A DNA stretch of 64,000 nucleotides, taken from the NCBI GenBank assembly GCA_002633005.1, contig NMRA01000118.1:310707-374706 (forward strand), read 5' to 3'. The translations under genes were made by a program, and so were the position numbers. Of this stretch, positions 42,001 through 54,000 are shown piece by piece. The stretch's first letter is position 1, and each line of letters begins with the position of its first letter. This stretch comes from Phoronis australis (lineage: Eukaryota; Animalia; Phoronida). The notes under the pieces were generated by a model. The model saw only the letters and a program-made list of their open reading frames with translations, did not search any database and was not told the DNA's origin.

Positions 42001-45000
42001 TCTGGAAACTTTCTACTATGATTCAACCTTGTGGTCAAGACATCCAATCACAGTGGTGCTCGACAAGTGAGGACTTGTGAGATTCAAGCAAAACCTTGCG
42101 TTACACCTAAAAGCGAGCCAATAACACGTCACCTTTCACCACCATATCTGTGGAGTAGTAAATCCCTAGAGCTCCTTGGTACACTTCGTGAACAGCATGA
42201 ACTATTTCCCGTGTGATGTTGCTCACGAAAGGCCACTTCAGTAGGGGTATAGTGGCCTTGACCCACTCCATAGCACTGCAAGGGAGACAACTCATTAGTT
42301 GGCTTACATAACAACAGTGTACAGACACAACATAGCATATGAAACCATCATACATCAAAGTTAATCTCTTCCATGTAGAAAATTAAAGATTGCTACTGTG
42401 AACTAAACAAAGAATCAATCAATGAAATCCATTTTTCAGCAAATGTTCACCCAATTGTGAAATTCGGATGAGCTAAATATGACGACTAAGTTCAAAACAA
42501 GAGCAATGCAGAGCTTCCCTTAAATACACTTACTACTTTAGTAAAGATCTGGCAGTGGCTTTAGGAGATACAGCTATGGGCGCAAAACAAAACAAAACCA
42601 CTACTAGGAAGCGCCACAGCAGTCAAAGTCGTCATCGCCAACTGTCCTCTTCACACTGAGAACATAATATGCCAATTTTCAAAATCATCCTTCCTTAGTA
42701 TGGTTTGGTTGACAGACGGGTGGATGCCAAAGCACACTCAAAAACAGTAAAAATGGCCATTAGGTGGCACAAAAACCTCGAATCCATCTGAAAATGGTAG
42801 CATACCATCTGATACTTCTCTAATAGATGCTTATATTCCAAATTTTATGAAATTCCGTTGAGGACCTTTGAATATACAGTGGTAAACGTAAAAAAAATAA
42901 ATTGCCACTAGGGGGCACACTGGTGAAAAGATTTGCACGAAAGTCGTTCGTTGTCAATATCATATTAATGCACTAGCTAAATTTAGTAAAGATCCTGCAA
43001 ATGGTTTATACAGCCATGGGCATAAAAAACAAAACTGCCACTAGGGGGCGCCACAGTACTTGAAGGCATCGGAAAATCTTTGTCACCCATCCTTTTCATA
43101 GTAGGAACATACATGCCAATTTTTTAGAGCGGTTTGATTGATAGAGGGGAGAACACCAAAAAGCAGATTCGAAAACAGTAAAAATGGCCACTAGTAGGCG
43201 CAAAATCCCTTGAATCCATTCGAAAATGGGAGGATAACGTTCTCCCACTAATAGATGCCTATATCAGAAAGTTTATGAAAATACGTCGAGGACCTTTGAA
43301 GATACAGAGGAAACCACAAAAAACTAAAATTGCCACTAGGGTGCGCACCAGTAATCTGATCCCTGAAAGTCGTTGTCGTCCGTTGTCAACATCATATAAA
43401 TACAATGCTAAGTTTAATAAAGATGCTGCAAACGATTTAGGAGATACAGCCATGGGTGCAAAAAAAAACTGCCACTAGGACACGCCACAGTAGTCGAAGT
43501 TGTCGGAAAATCATCGTCAGCCATCCTTTTCATAGTAAGAACATACATGTCAATTTTCACAATCACCCTTAGAGTGGTTTGGTTAATAGAGGGGTGGGCG
43601 TCAAACAGACTCGAAAACAGTAAAAATGGCCACTATGTGAATCCATCCGAAAACGAGAGGAAAGTGTCATTTCACTAATAGATGCCTATATTCCAAATTT
43701 TGTGAAAGTACGTTGAGGACCTCCGAAGATACAGAGGTAAGCATAAAAAATAAAATTGCCACTAGGGGGCACACTGGTAGTTAGAGAGGTCCGAAATTTG
43801 TCGTCATCAGTCGTCAGGTTGATAGGAACACATCTGCCAAATCTCATCAAGATCCTGTGAGTGGTTTAGGAGATATAGCTGCGGACGCCAGACGACGGAC
43901 AGAGATGACGGCAATATGCGACCACATATAAATACGTGGGTGCATAATAAAATTGATTTTGACAAATTCATGAGTTGAAGTAACCTAAGTGTCATAAACT
44001 TAATGTTTTACAGTAAAACCTTAACAAGAACACAATAACTGTCCAGAGGTTTTACCTGGCAGCTTCCCAAGCATCACCAGCTTTGTCCACGACATCAAAG
44101 ACCAACTTAGACCAGCTGGGTGCATGATGTGACACTGATGCAGATTGATTTTGCATCTCCATCATGGCTTGTTGCGACACCATATCAATGGCGGCGGAGA
44201 AGCTATCAAAGAAGTTGGACACAACATCTGAGGTATTCAGAGTGGCGTTGCCAACTTTGGGAACCAGCTGAAACGTAGAAATGATTGTTAATTCAGTGTA
44301 CATGTCACTTGTTGTCACAATGCAATAAAAGCAAAGAAAGAGGAGGAAGGCTCAAGAAACTCAGCGAACTCCGGATTAGTAACAAAATAGTGGCCTTCGA
44401 ACAGAGAGATGAAATAATTTATCCATTCCTCCGGTTTAATATTCGTCAAGAGGCTCAAGAGTAATGGAGGAGACAGGCTTGAGAGTAATTCTACTTCCAA
44501 CACCCTGCATGAGCAGGCAATCTTTCACTATATCAGCAGCAGTGATCGAAAATGTTGGATGCTGACAGCCTGCCAGTACTCTTGATAACCACCAAACTGT
44601 AGTCCAACACGACCTCATAAGACTGGCATCGTCAGCTTTGCTTATAAGGTAATCTGACACTTGCAAGTACCTCCAGGGGTATGCAGATCTTAGCTATGTC
44701 ATACCGATTCGCTTCATGATTTCAAACAGTGACGCCTACCATATTGATGAGAGGGCGAGACAGGTTCTGGTTCTGACCCACAAGATCGTCCAGTAGTCTT
44801 GACACGTTGACCTTGCACACTTCGTTGAGTGATGACTTGATAACAAGCTCACTATCACACGGATTCTTTCCACTAATTATCATCAGCAACAGTTTGGAAG
44901 GCTGCACACAAAGTGAGAGGCAAGTTAACTACAGCCATGTTAAGTAATAAACAGTAGTCTTTAAAAGTTGGTAAATGGCGTGGAATTCACCAAACTTCAT

Positions 45001-48000
45001 GGAAATTATGTCAAAAATCCATAAACAAACTTGACATATTAATTACTTATAATTTTTTTTTGGAAACTAAGCAGCAAGATTTTTTCAAGACTTCACCAGT
45101 GTTGATGAGAAGAGGTCGTGTATACTTCTCATTTAAAAGTAACAGTGGTAGCCTAAGTGCCTAAAGATCAAGATTAGCCATATACCTGTCTTCCGTCAGA
45201 ATTAGTCATATACCTGTGTTCCATCAAAAAGTAAACTTTTGTTTAGACCATTTACTGCAGCTGCAAAATTATCTCAACTTATTCATCACTCAAATGAGAA
45301 GTTATTCATGGGTTTGCAAAGAACTGTCAGTTTGTCATTAATTGAGAATAAGCTCGACACATAAAATTACCTGCCGTGACAAACCAACTTGTACAATGCG
45401 GTTTCTAGCAATAAAAAACTGCTGGCTATTTTGAAGGCATGAAATCTCCTATAACTTGACTAAGGCCGAGAAATTTGAGATTAATGGTTTGAATCAAGTT
45501 GTTCTTTGTGACGAAAAGCAGAATTACAGTTTGATAATGAATAAATGATTAATACATATTATACTAATTTAATAACTTTAATACTGACTCACAGATACGT
45601 TCTACTAACAAAACTTTGTTCAGTATAGTATAGTGATATGAAATGGTGGGATATCAACATGTATATCAGCCTTAATTAGCGCCGCTGCTGTCGTTTTTCA
45701 AATGCATTGAGGGATGACTGTTACCTCCTTAACACCTGGTGACATCATAGATAATATGGGTATACACACCTGATAAATGTGCATTTTGTGCTGTGAAATT
45801 TAGCTTCAGTGTAATGGTGCGTGCCTCGACAATCATTTGCGCATAAGACTTGCTAAATACATTGTAATAAGTAGATCTATTTTCAGGCCGATTTTTGTTG
45901 AACTTCTTTTATTTTGTATTTTTAATGGTTGTTTAGAGGTATGTTGTAATGGAAGGCATAATGAATTAGAGATGAATCTTGATAGAATTAATGGCAGTGT
46001 ATAAAAGGGTTCCACCCTGGCGAATACTAAACACACACTGTGGAACAACTACAGTAATTTTGGATTACACGCAACAAACAAGTGACAGCCAGTTAGCCAG
46101 TGGATCACCTTCAAGTTGTTTTCAAAAGTAAAAATGGAAGACAAAACGCACCCTAAAATTTATAGAAAACTCATACCAAATCAAAATGGCCAGTTACATG
46201 CAAACATTAAACTTGCAATAACTTACCTCTTCTCCAAAAACCTCCAATAATGCGGTGATATATTTCTGTGGCGATGACGCCCATGATACAACTTTGTCTA
46301 ATTCATATCGATCAGTGAGGTTGAATGCTTTTGTAAGATCTAAAAACAGACAAAAGACCCTTAATTTTAATTGAGCTTTTAATTCACACACTTGACACGT
46401 GCTCAACACCAACACACTTAGTTAAATCACTGCATTAGTTTGTGCGCCACTTGACAATTTCTATATGATATAAAACAAGAAAACTGTAACCCACAGGATC
46501 AAAAGAAAGTCCAGTGAAAAGAATAATTTAGCCATACCTGTGATTCACATCAAAGTTTCGGCCTCTGATGCAAATACAGAAGACTAATTTTAACAACCTG
46601 TTGTGGGGGGTTCAACGGACTCAGTGAATAAACTAAATAGCAAGTGCTGTTTTGCAAAACAGACCTCAGGAATTATGTTGAGTAATTAAGATCACCATAG
46701 ACATTCGTTTGTAGCACAAACTTACCTAATTACACCAATGATAAAGAGACCCAAGGACATAAACAGCTGCAGTAAATACTAATATTTTTACAATGTTCTG
46801 TCTTTCCAAAGAACTTATCAACAATAAACTCCCTTAACATCATTGTCCGTGCATTCATGCAGGATGATATTAAATGCCAGGTTTGCATTACCTGGTAAAT
46901 GATGGGGCAAACGCGTGAGGAAAGTTAGTCCTTCAGTCATACGGTCAACCAACTTAGCTCCCTCTGGCGTCAACTTTTCTGCATATGGTCTGAGAAGCAT
47001 TGGTGATTGTTTCAGAAACTTCATTCCACTAAAAATAAAACAGTTATTATAAAAGCTTTACAACACAATGAGACACAAATTCAACCTGTATCAGATAAAA
47101 ATCCATTGATAAGCGTTTATAGAAAGCCATATTAATTTAGCAACACTTTGCACGGACTCCTATCAAATCATTTGAGCAGTTTGCTAACAGTATAAGTGGC
47201 AATGAACAACACAACCTGACATCTCAGGTCACCAGAACACGATTAACTATACATTTGATGAGGTAGATAATTATACCAATTGACTTGAGTGTCTGGTTTT
47301 CAGATTAATCACACAACATCAACAAATACAGTACATTACCCATCAAACAGCATCTGACTAATCACACAACATCAACAAATACAGTACATTACCCATCAAA
47401 CAGCATCTGACTAATCACACAACATCAACAAATACAGTACATTACCCATCAAACAGCATCTGAACTTCCTGTGCTTGAAATCTAGCGAACACTGCCCCCC
47501 AGCGAGATGGATTGGCAAAGCCAGGGATGGGCATTTGGCCGGTCGCATAGCCCATGATTTGTTGTGGTAGTACGACAGCGACTTTATTAGCCAGCATCAC
47601 AGTTGACTGCAGATCCTTGACAAACTTTTGCAAGTCGAAAACTTTGGGATTTTCTGGAGAGAACTAAAGGTAAAAGAAATAATTTGCTGTTTTGTCAAAT
47701 GAGTTCCAGAAAGTAAAGTTAGCCTTAGACTAATTTAGAGTTTGCAGTTTTACTGAGTTTTTGGCTATTCTAAAATGAAACAGTATCATGATTAGTAAAG
47801 ATGCCCCACCAAAGAGTTTGTGACTTAGCTTCAAATAACATAACACTTCTGGTCTCAACTAATTGTAACTTAATCAAATGAGAAGTGCTTTCTAGGTTTG
47901 GAAAATAAGGTTTGTTTAATCAATCAGTTTATTTCTGTAATAATCGCCATAGGCCCAAAGTACAAAAGAACAACGTGTAACCTACTTAAGAGTGCAGCAA

Positions 48001-51000
48001 GCTACCACGGAGTCAAAATGCACTTTTTGTAACCACTTGTATTCTTGTAAGTCCCATATTTCGGCTCCATGACAGAAGGTAGGGTAAACCATTACATCAA
48101 ATACCTCAAAAGACACATGTGGTTGAAACATGCTCGAGCTTCCGTGAAGATCGACTGTCATGACGACCTTGGTGGCTTAGCCAACAGGGTCTGAGTAGCC
48201 ATAGTCCACAATAATTTTGGCGTGAACACAACACCAACTAGATACTTGTAACTGGAAACCACTTCAAATTTTTTCATGTCATTGTCAGAGATCATGCTCA
48301 GAACTTAAAAAGACCCGCTAGGACCAGATAATTCAATACGTCCTCTCTCAAAAATTAGAAACTTTCTTGACAAACCTAGAAATTAAATTACTGTATCTGC
48401 TGAGTTAAGACCAATTTCATTATGCTATGTGGTCTAAATCTCAAGTCTTTTCTTATCGTAGGTGGGTATACAGTAGATTTTCAAAACATTGAAAACTGCA
48501 CTTAATAAGTATTTCACTCACGATATGATACATCTACTATACCGACTACATCGCTCATTTCTCTACAGTGAACACCTAAAATTTTACAAAATCTTAGAAA
48601 CATTATATGGAGTAACGGAGTCACCACAAATCTTGAACAGGTATGTTCGAAACGTTCTCTTTCAGCGGCCGACTCAGACAAAAGCAGTGTCAGAAAAGCT
48701 GATAACATCTAAGCTCCTTAAGTTGGTGAAGTGTTCCACAAAGGTTTATTTCCACCGTCACAACACACGCACACCATTCACCTCTCATACATCAAAGCGT
48801 GCCAAAACTCAATGAAAATGCATGTAAATTACTTGTAATAAAGATTCTCGTTTGTGGGCATTTTGTGAATATAAAAGAAAAAAAGTTAGCATTTGCAATG
48901 TAATTTGTAATAACAACAAGAAGCGGATTTTTGAAAAATATACCACTCTATTGCTTATTTTTAACAGCATAGCAAAGTCAGGATGGATAATTTTTTTCAA
49001 TAGTACTTTCGAAGAAGCGAGGTGAAAAGTGGCATATTACTTTGGATAAAGCAGCTAGCCCACTATGGCAATTGCAAAACCATGCAGCTGAACAAATTAG
49101 ACTAGGAAAAGTTAATATTATACGGATAACAAATGAACATCATAACAAAAAATTATATAAATACCATTTGAATCAGAGGAGCAACAAGATATTGCATTTG
49201 CATGAGTTCCCCCAGCGCCATCTCTGCATTGAAATCATAGCAGATAAATCGACCAAGACTGGTGTTGCGAACAACCGTCATGTTACACACAGGGACATCA
49301 CCGACAAACTCTCTTGTAGCAGATTCAATCTTTAAACAAAAAAGAGTAAAATAATGCAACATTTACATCAATCACATAACACGACACTATGTGACAATAT
49401 ATTATGCTTTTGAAGAGGTAGAAGCAAGTTTAAACAAATGATTAGAGAAGATACATATTACATGATCGTGAAACCAAGTAGACTCAGATCAACAGGACAG
49501 CCCACTAGCAATTAAGGCATTCTTGAAATAGACAATACTGAAAATTGGTGTCACATGACATCATGACCAGACAACAACTTTGATTAATCTGTAGCGGCTG
49601 CGACAACAGTCGCTACCATACAAGATCGTTTTCAACGTGTCGAACATTAGCGTACTGAGGCGACGATGAGAGCAGGGTGTTGGTGGCATGTGATTTTGAT
49701 CCCACTGCTAATTTCATATTATGCTCTTTGCTAATAATTAAAGCACTGTGGGTTGATGACTGACTGGCTCCCACGAAAATTTCGTTGCACTGTACTGGTG
49801 TTCACAGGCAATAACTGCAAGGCCCTGGACCATGAGTCAGACAACTTAAATCTGACCCCTCCGTGAGTAAGTTGCAGATGTTGTAATTTAGAATCATTTC
49901 ACATCTAACACATTCTAGGTTCAGATAATGAACCTTTCTACAGGTGCATAATTGTAGGACATACATGTTCCTCACCACATGTTGGCTGAAAATGTATATA
50001 ATACATTCCCTCGTTTCATTGGTTGGTTCGATTTGCTTGGTTGACCAGCGTCCCATAATCCATTTCAAATACTCTGAAAATTCCTAACCGCACAAAGATC
50101 AATCGGCATGAGTGCGGGAAACAGAGAGTGTCACGGGGACAAAATCACCTGACTTCCAAGAACAAGAGCAGAACATACACTCTGAAAAAATTTGTGCTTT
50201 CTTACCGTCGAGGGGTTCATAACCATGTTAGCTATCTCTTCAAACCAGTCAGGTACATTATCTAAAGTTTTCATGACCCTCTTCAACTCCACTGTATGAT
50301 TGAACATGGACAGAGAAGCAATAGCTGAAATGAACAGAGATTATTCGCATGATTTGTTGCTGAGTAATAATTACTACGATTGTTCAATTAGGTTTTGTAG
50401 CTCATGGCAATATTGATTAAGATGGCTTAATATTGGTTCTGGTTTGGAGCAATTTAGATTAATAGTGCTATACTTTGTCTTATATTTTTAGAGCTTGGTC
50501 TATGGTGCTATAATAAATTAATAACTTATAAACATAAAATAATCTTGAACAGCATTTTTATATTGCATCTCGTCCATAAACAAGAACTGAATAGTCAAAC
50601 CAGAAATCCAAGAAAATTCAAAATAAGGCATCAATAGAAAAATGTGGCTCAAAAATAAAAATATCAAACAATCAAAAAAGTCATGCATCTACAGCTCCTA
50701 AATTGGTTTTGATTGATGGCGTTTTGAGCGATGGCATTTTGAGCGATGGCATTTTGTGTAATGTCATTTTGAGCGATGGCATTTTGAGTAATGTTGTTTT
50801 GAGTGATGGCATTTTAAGTGATGGCACTTTGAGCGATGGTGTTTTGAGCGAACGGTGTTTAGAGCAATAGTGTTTTGAGCAATGGTGTTTTGAGTGATGT
50901 TTTGACCATATGTCAATGTGTGGTGGACGGCAATGACTTACTTGGAGCCATGTCCAACATCTGATTCATGAAGATGATGCCATGGTGAAGTCTTGCTGTT

Positions 51001-54000
51001 AAGTTCGCCATTTCAGGGCCGAGATCACTCAGTACAATTTGTACAAGAGGCACAAAGTCCTTGACTGTCTCTGCAATGCTGGAACACATATTGCAATATG
51101 TAATTAGTTTGTAGCCAATTTTGACATTTCCCATTAATGAAAAATCCTTATTACAGTCATTGGAATGTTGGTGCTTTTGTAGACAAGCCGAATCACGGAT
51201 ATTCTGAATATTGACATTTCCACATTGCATTTATATTCAAAGTAGTCCAAATATTCAAACATCAAAACACTGCTTACTCAATACTCATATTTGTCACATG
51301 GCCGCTGATTCGACCAAACGAGGCCATCCAAGGTGCAGGATTCATCCACATGGGGAGTGCTGCTGTGCCATTCATGATGTCTCCAATTAACGTTGGCATT
51401 GTGCCAACAGTCTTGAGGACTTCATCAACCATGGTTTTAATGTTTGTTGTCATGCGGGATGCATTGAACGGAGCCGTTGAGTAGTCAAATGACATCTATC
51501 AGAGCAACAGTATCAAGATTAAATAACCTCTCAGTCAAAGCTGAATTTTTCCCAAGCTAAAAAACAAAAATCGAATTAGCACTAACCCCATAAAATATAT
51601 TCCTTACCATGATAGGATTCCATTTCCCTTACTCACTCAAGTCACAGGCAATAACTACATGTGCCATTATCGAATTCAGTTTTATGGTTGACCAACGTTA
51701 ATGAACTCAATTACGAGAGCGTAAAAGGCCTAATTCGATTTTCGTTTTTCAGTCAGTTAAACAGAGCAAAATGAAGATAATGAAAATACACCAAGGAAGT
51801 CATTGTAGCCAAAATGTATGCCCACGTCAGGTGATAAACTTATAGACCAGAGGATAAAGGCCACCAAAGGGGGTATAGATCTCGTTCAATGGGCCAATTA
51901 GTGTTCAGTTGGCGTGATTATTACTTCTGGGACCCAAGTTTTTAGCTATTTATTGGAAAGTAGTTCCCAGCATAGCTTATCAGCTAATTAAACTCGCATC
52001 AATGGCTCTTGTTGGAATGTATTAAATGTGATCAAGAAAACAAAATTAGCTTGGTCGGACTTCGTGCAACCTTGAGCATTTTTTTGTACTTCAAGATGGC
52101 GTCAACCGCCACCTTGAATGTTCAAGATTGCACCATATACAATTTGTAAAAGAAAACTGTACAGTAAACAACATTGCAGGCCAACTTTTTGGTAAATAAC
52201 ATGTAAAATTCACTTAGGACAATAAAGTTCATTTACTGGACAAGAAATGTGAAGAAGAGACGCAAAATTACTTTGATAAAGGTGGGAGAATTTGGTTAAA
52301 ATGCATTGACCTGAAACTTGATGCAAATCCCAAGAAGTTGAAAGTTAGCTTATAAAAAATTATGAAAAATAAACAACTACAAACACTATAATTGTCCTTC
52401 TCCCACAGTTTTCAAGCCTAACTGGCAAAACTAAAGACATTTTACCCCTCAGCTTGAACCTTGAGCATTTTTACAGCTAGTGTGTCCTTACCAATTTGAC
52501 CAGTGGACCAGTCATTTCATGTTGAGCGACTTCAATCAGTAAAGTCTGGTAACTGACCTCCTTGCAGAAGAAGTGTACTAGAGTGGCATTCTGCAGTTGT
52601 GGCACAGTGCAGATGTCCACGCCAGCAAATACTTGCAGAATAACAGGTGTGAGCTGGAACAGAGGATTGCAAGAATGCCAAGTGTTGAAATGAATCGGAC
52701 TGAGGTAACATGTAACTAACAGAGTCTTGAAAACATCGAGTCATACTACGCAAGGCACATGGAAATAAAGAGTTATAGTATGTAGTCTGCTGTGGAAACA
52801 AAAATATGGTCAAGTTCTGATGGAACACTTTGCCACAAGGGGTCACTGCAGGAACACTGCTGGATACCTTTTTTCACCAGAGCTTGTCAATCTTCCTCAG
52901 AAGGGTGCACTGGCCCTGAAACACTGGCAACAAAATTTTAACCAAGATCCTGAACCGAGACAATAACTTCTGGACCAATGCATAAGAATGCATTAAATAA
53001 AATAATTATTTAAGAAAATGATTAACAGTGACACATACCTTATCAGCCGAGTCCAGTCTGTAAAGTAAATCTTCTAGCATGCTTGGTAGGGTGTCCATCT
53101 TTTGAACTATTTTCTTCAATTCAACAGTACCATCAAATTTCAATTGGTTGATCAGATCTGAAAATAAATGTTATCTTGCTATCATACAAGATCTGTACAA
53201 CGACAGGGACTTGACCAAAAGTAAATAATTGGTGTGTATTGATAATATAACAATGAACCACCGACCAGACTGCAAAAAGAAGGTATTCATGTTTTGAAAT
53301 ATATGTGAGTTTTCAAATAGGACCTGCGTTTATAATGAAGCAATGTTGTTTTTTGTGTAAAACATAGACTTTTTTGAAATATAAGTCTTTATCCGTTCAG
53401 GATAGGTACCTTCAGACAATCTTAGTTTTTGTAAATAAATGATCTCGGTTGGAATTCCATTTGATGGATCTGTCATTTATATTGATTTCTACGTCAAAAT
53501 TAAATTGACTTCGGTTGTTAAACTGGGTCGGAGAGTAGTCCACATTGAATAATCTTCTTGCTAAAAGCAACACAAAAGATCAATCCAAATCAATCTAGGC
53601 GGATATTAAATATAAATGACAAACTCATCTCATACAAAACGTCAACATGTCAGTTGTCAAGGCCTTTCATACTGATAGAAGTCAGAGATCTTGCCCACCA
53701 AAATTAATTCACAGTCCTCCATCAGAACACAGAATCTCTCATGAAACCCTGAAAATTCCTACCTTGCATAAATCTATTGACTCCAATACCAAACTTGACT
53801 CCATCATCCATCATGGCCGCCATTGCTTGGACCTCTGGTGTCATGGTGCTGAGAAGCTGCTCCAGTTGTGGTAGATAAGACATGGCTGTGTTCAAGTAAT
53901 GCATAGGGCTGTAAGACATAATATTCATTTACATTAAGGGTTAACACATGACAATTTTCATCAGTTACTCATTCTCAATTGAATTGTTTTTGCTTGCTGG

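Noticed and set aside
46194-46415. FLDLTKAF...PQKYIT looks like a LINE reverse-transcriptase motif
   Set aside because: The segment has exact AG/GT boundaries, the phase 1-0 required between B4 and D4, and aligns with the other C exons. The upstream FL lies in the intron's pyrimidine tract. Treated as coincidence, though exonisation is not formally excluded.
47306-47463. CRISPR-like array
   Set aside because: Head-to-tail repeats without unique spacers, eukaryotic context and no cas genes. The same applies to the 42.5-43.9 kb array.
52532-52846. 104-aa ORF as an exon
   Set aside because: The real exon (52492-52653) is in another frame. The YYNSLFP part resembles a decayed LINE 3' end, too weak to call.
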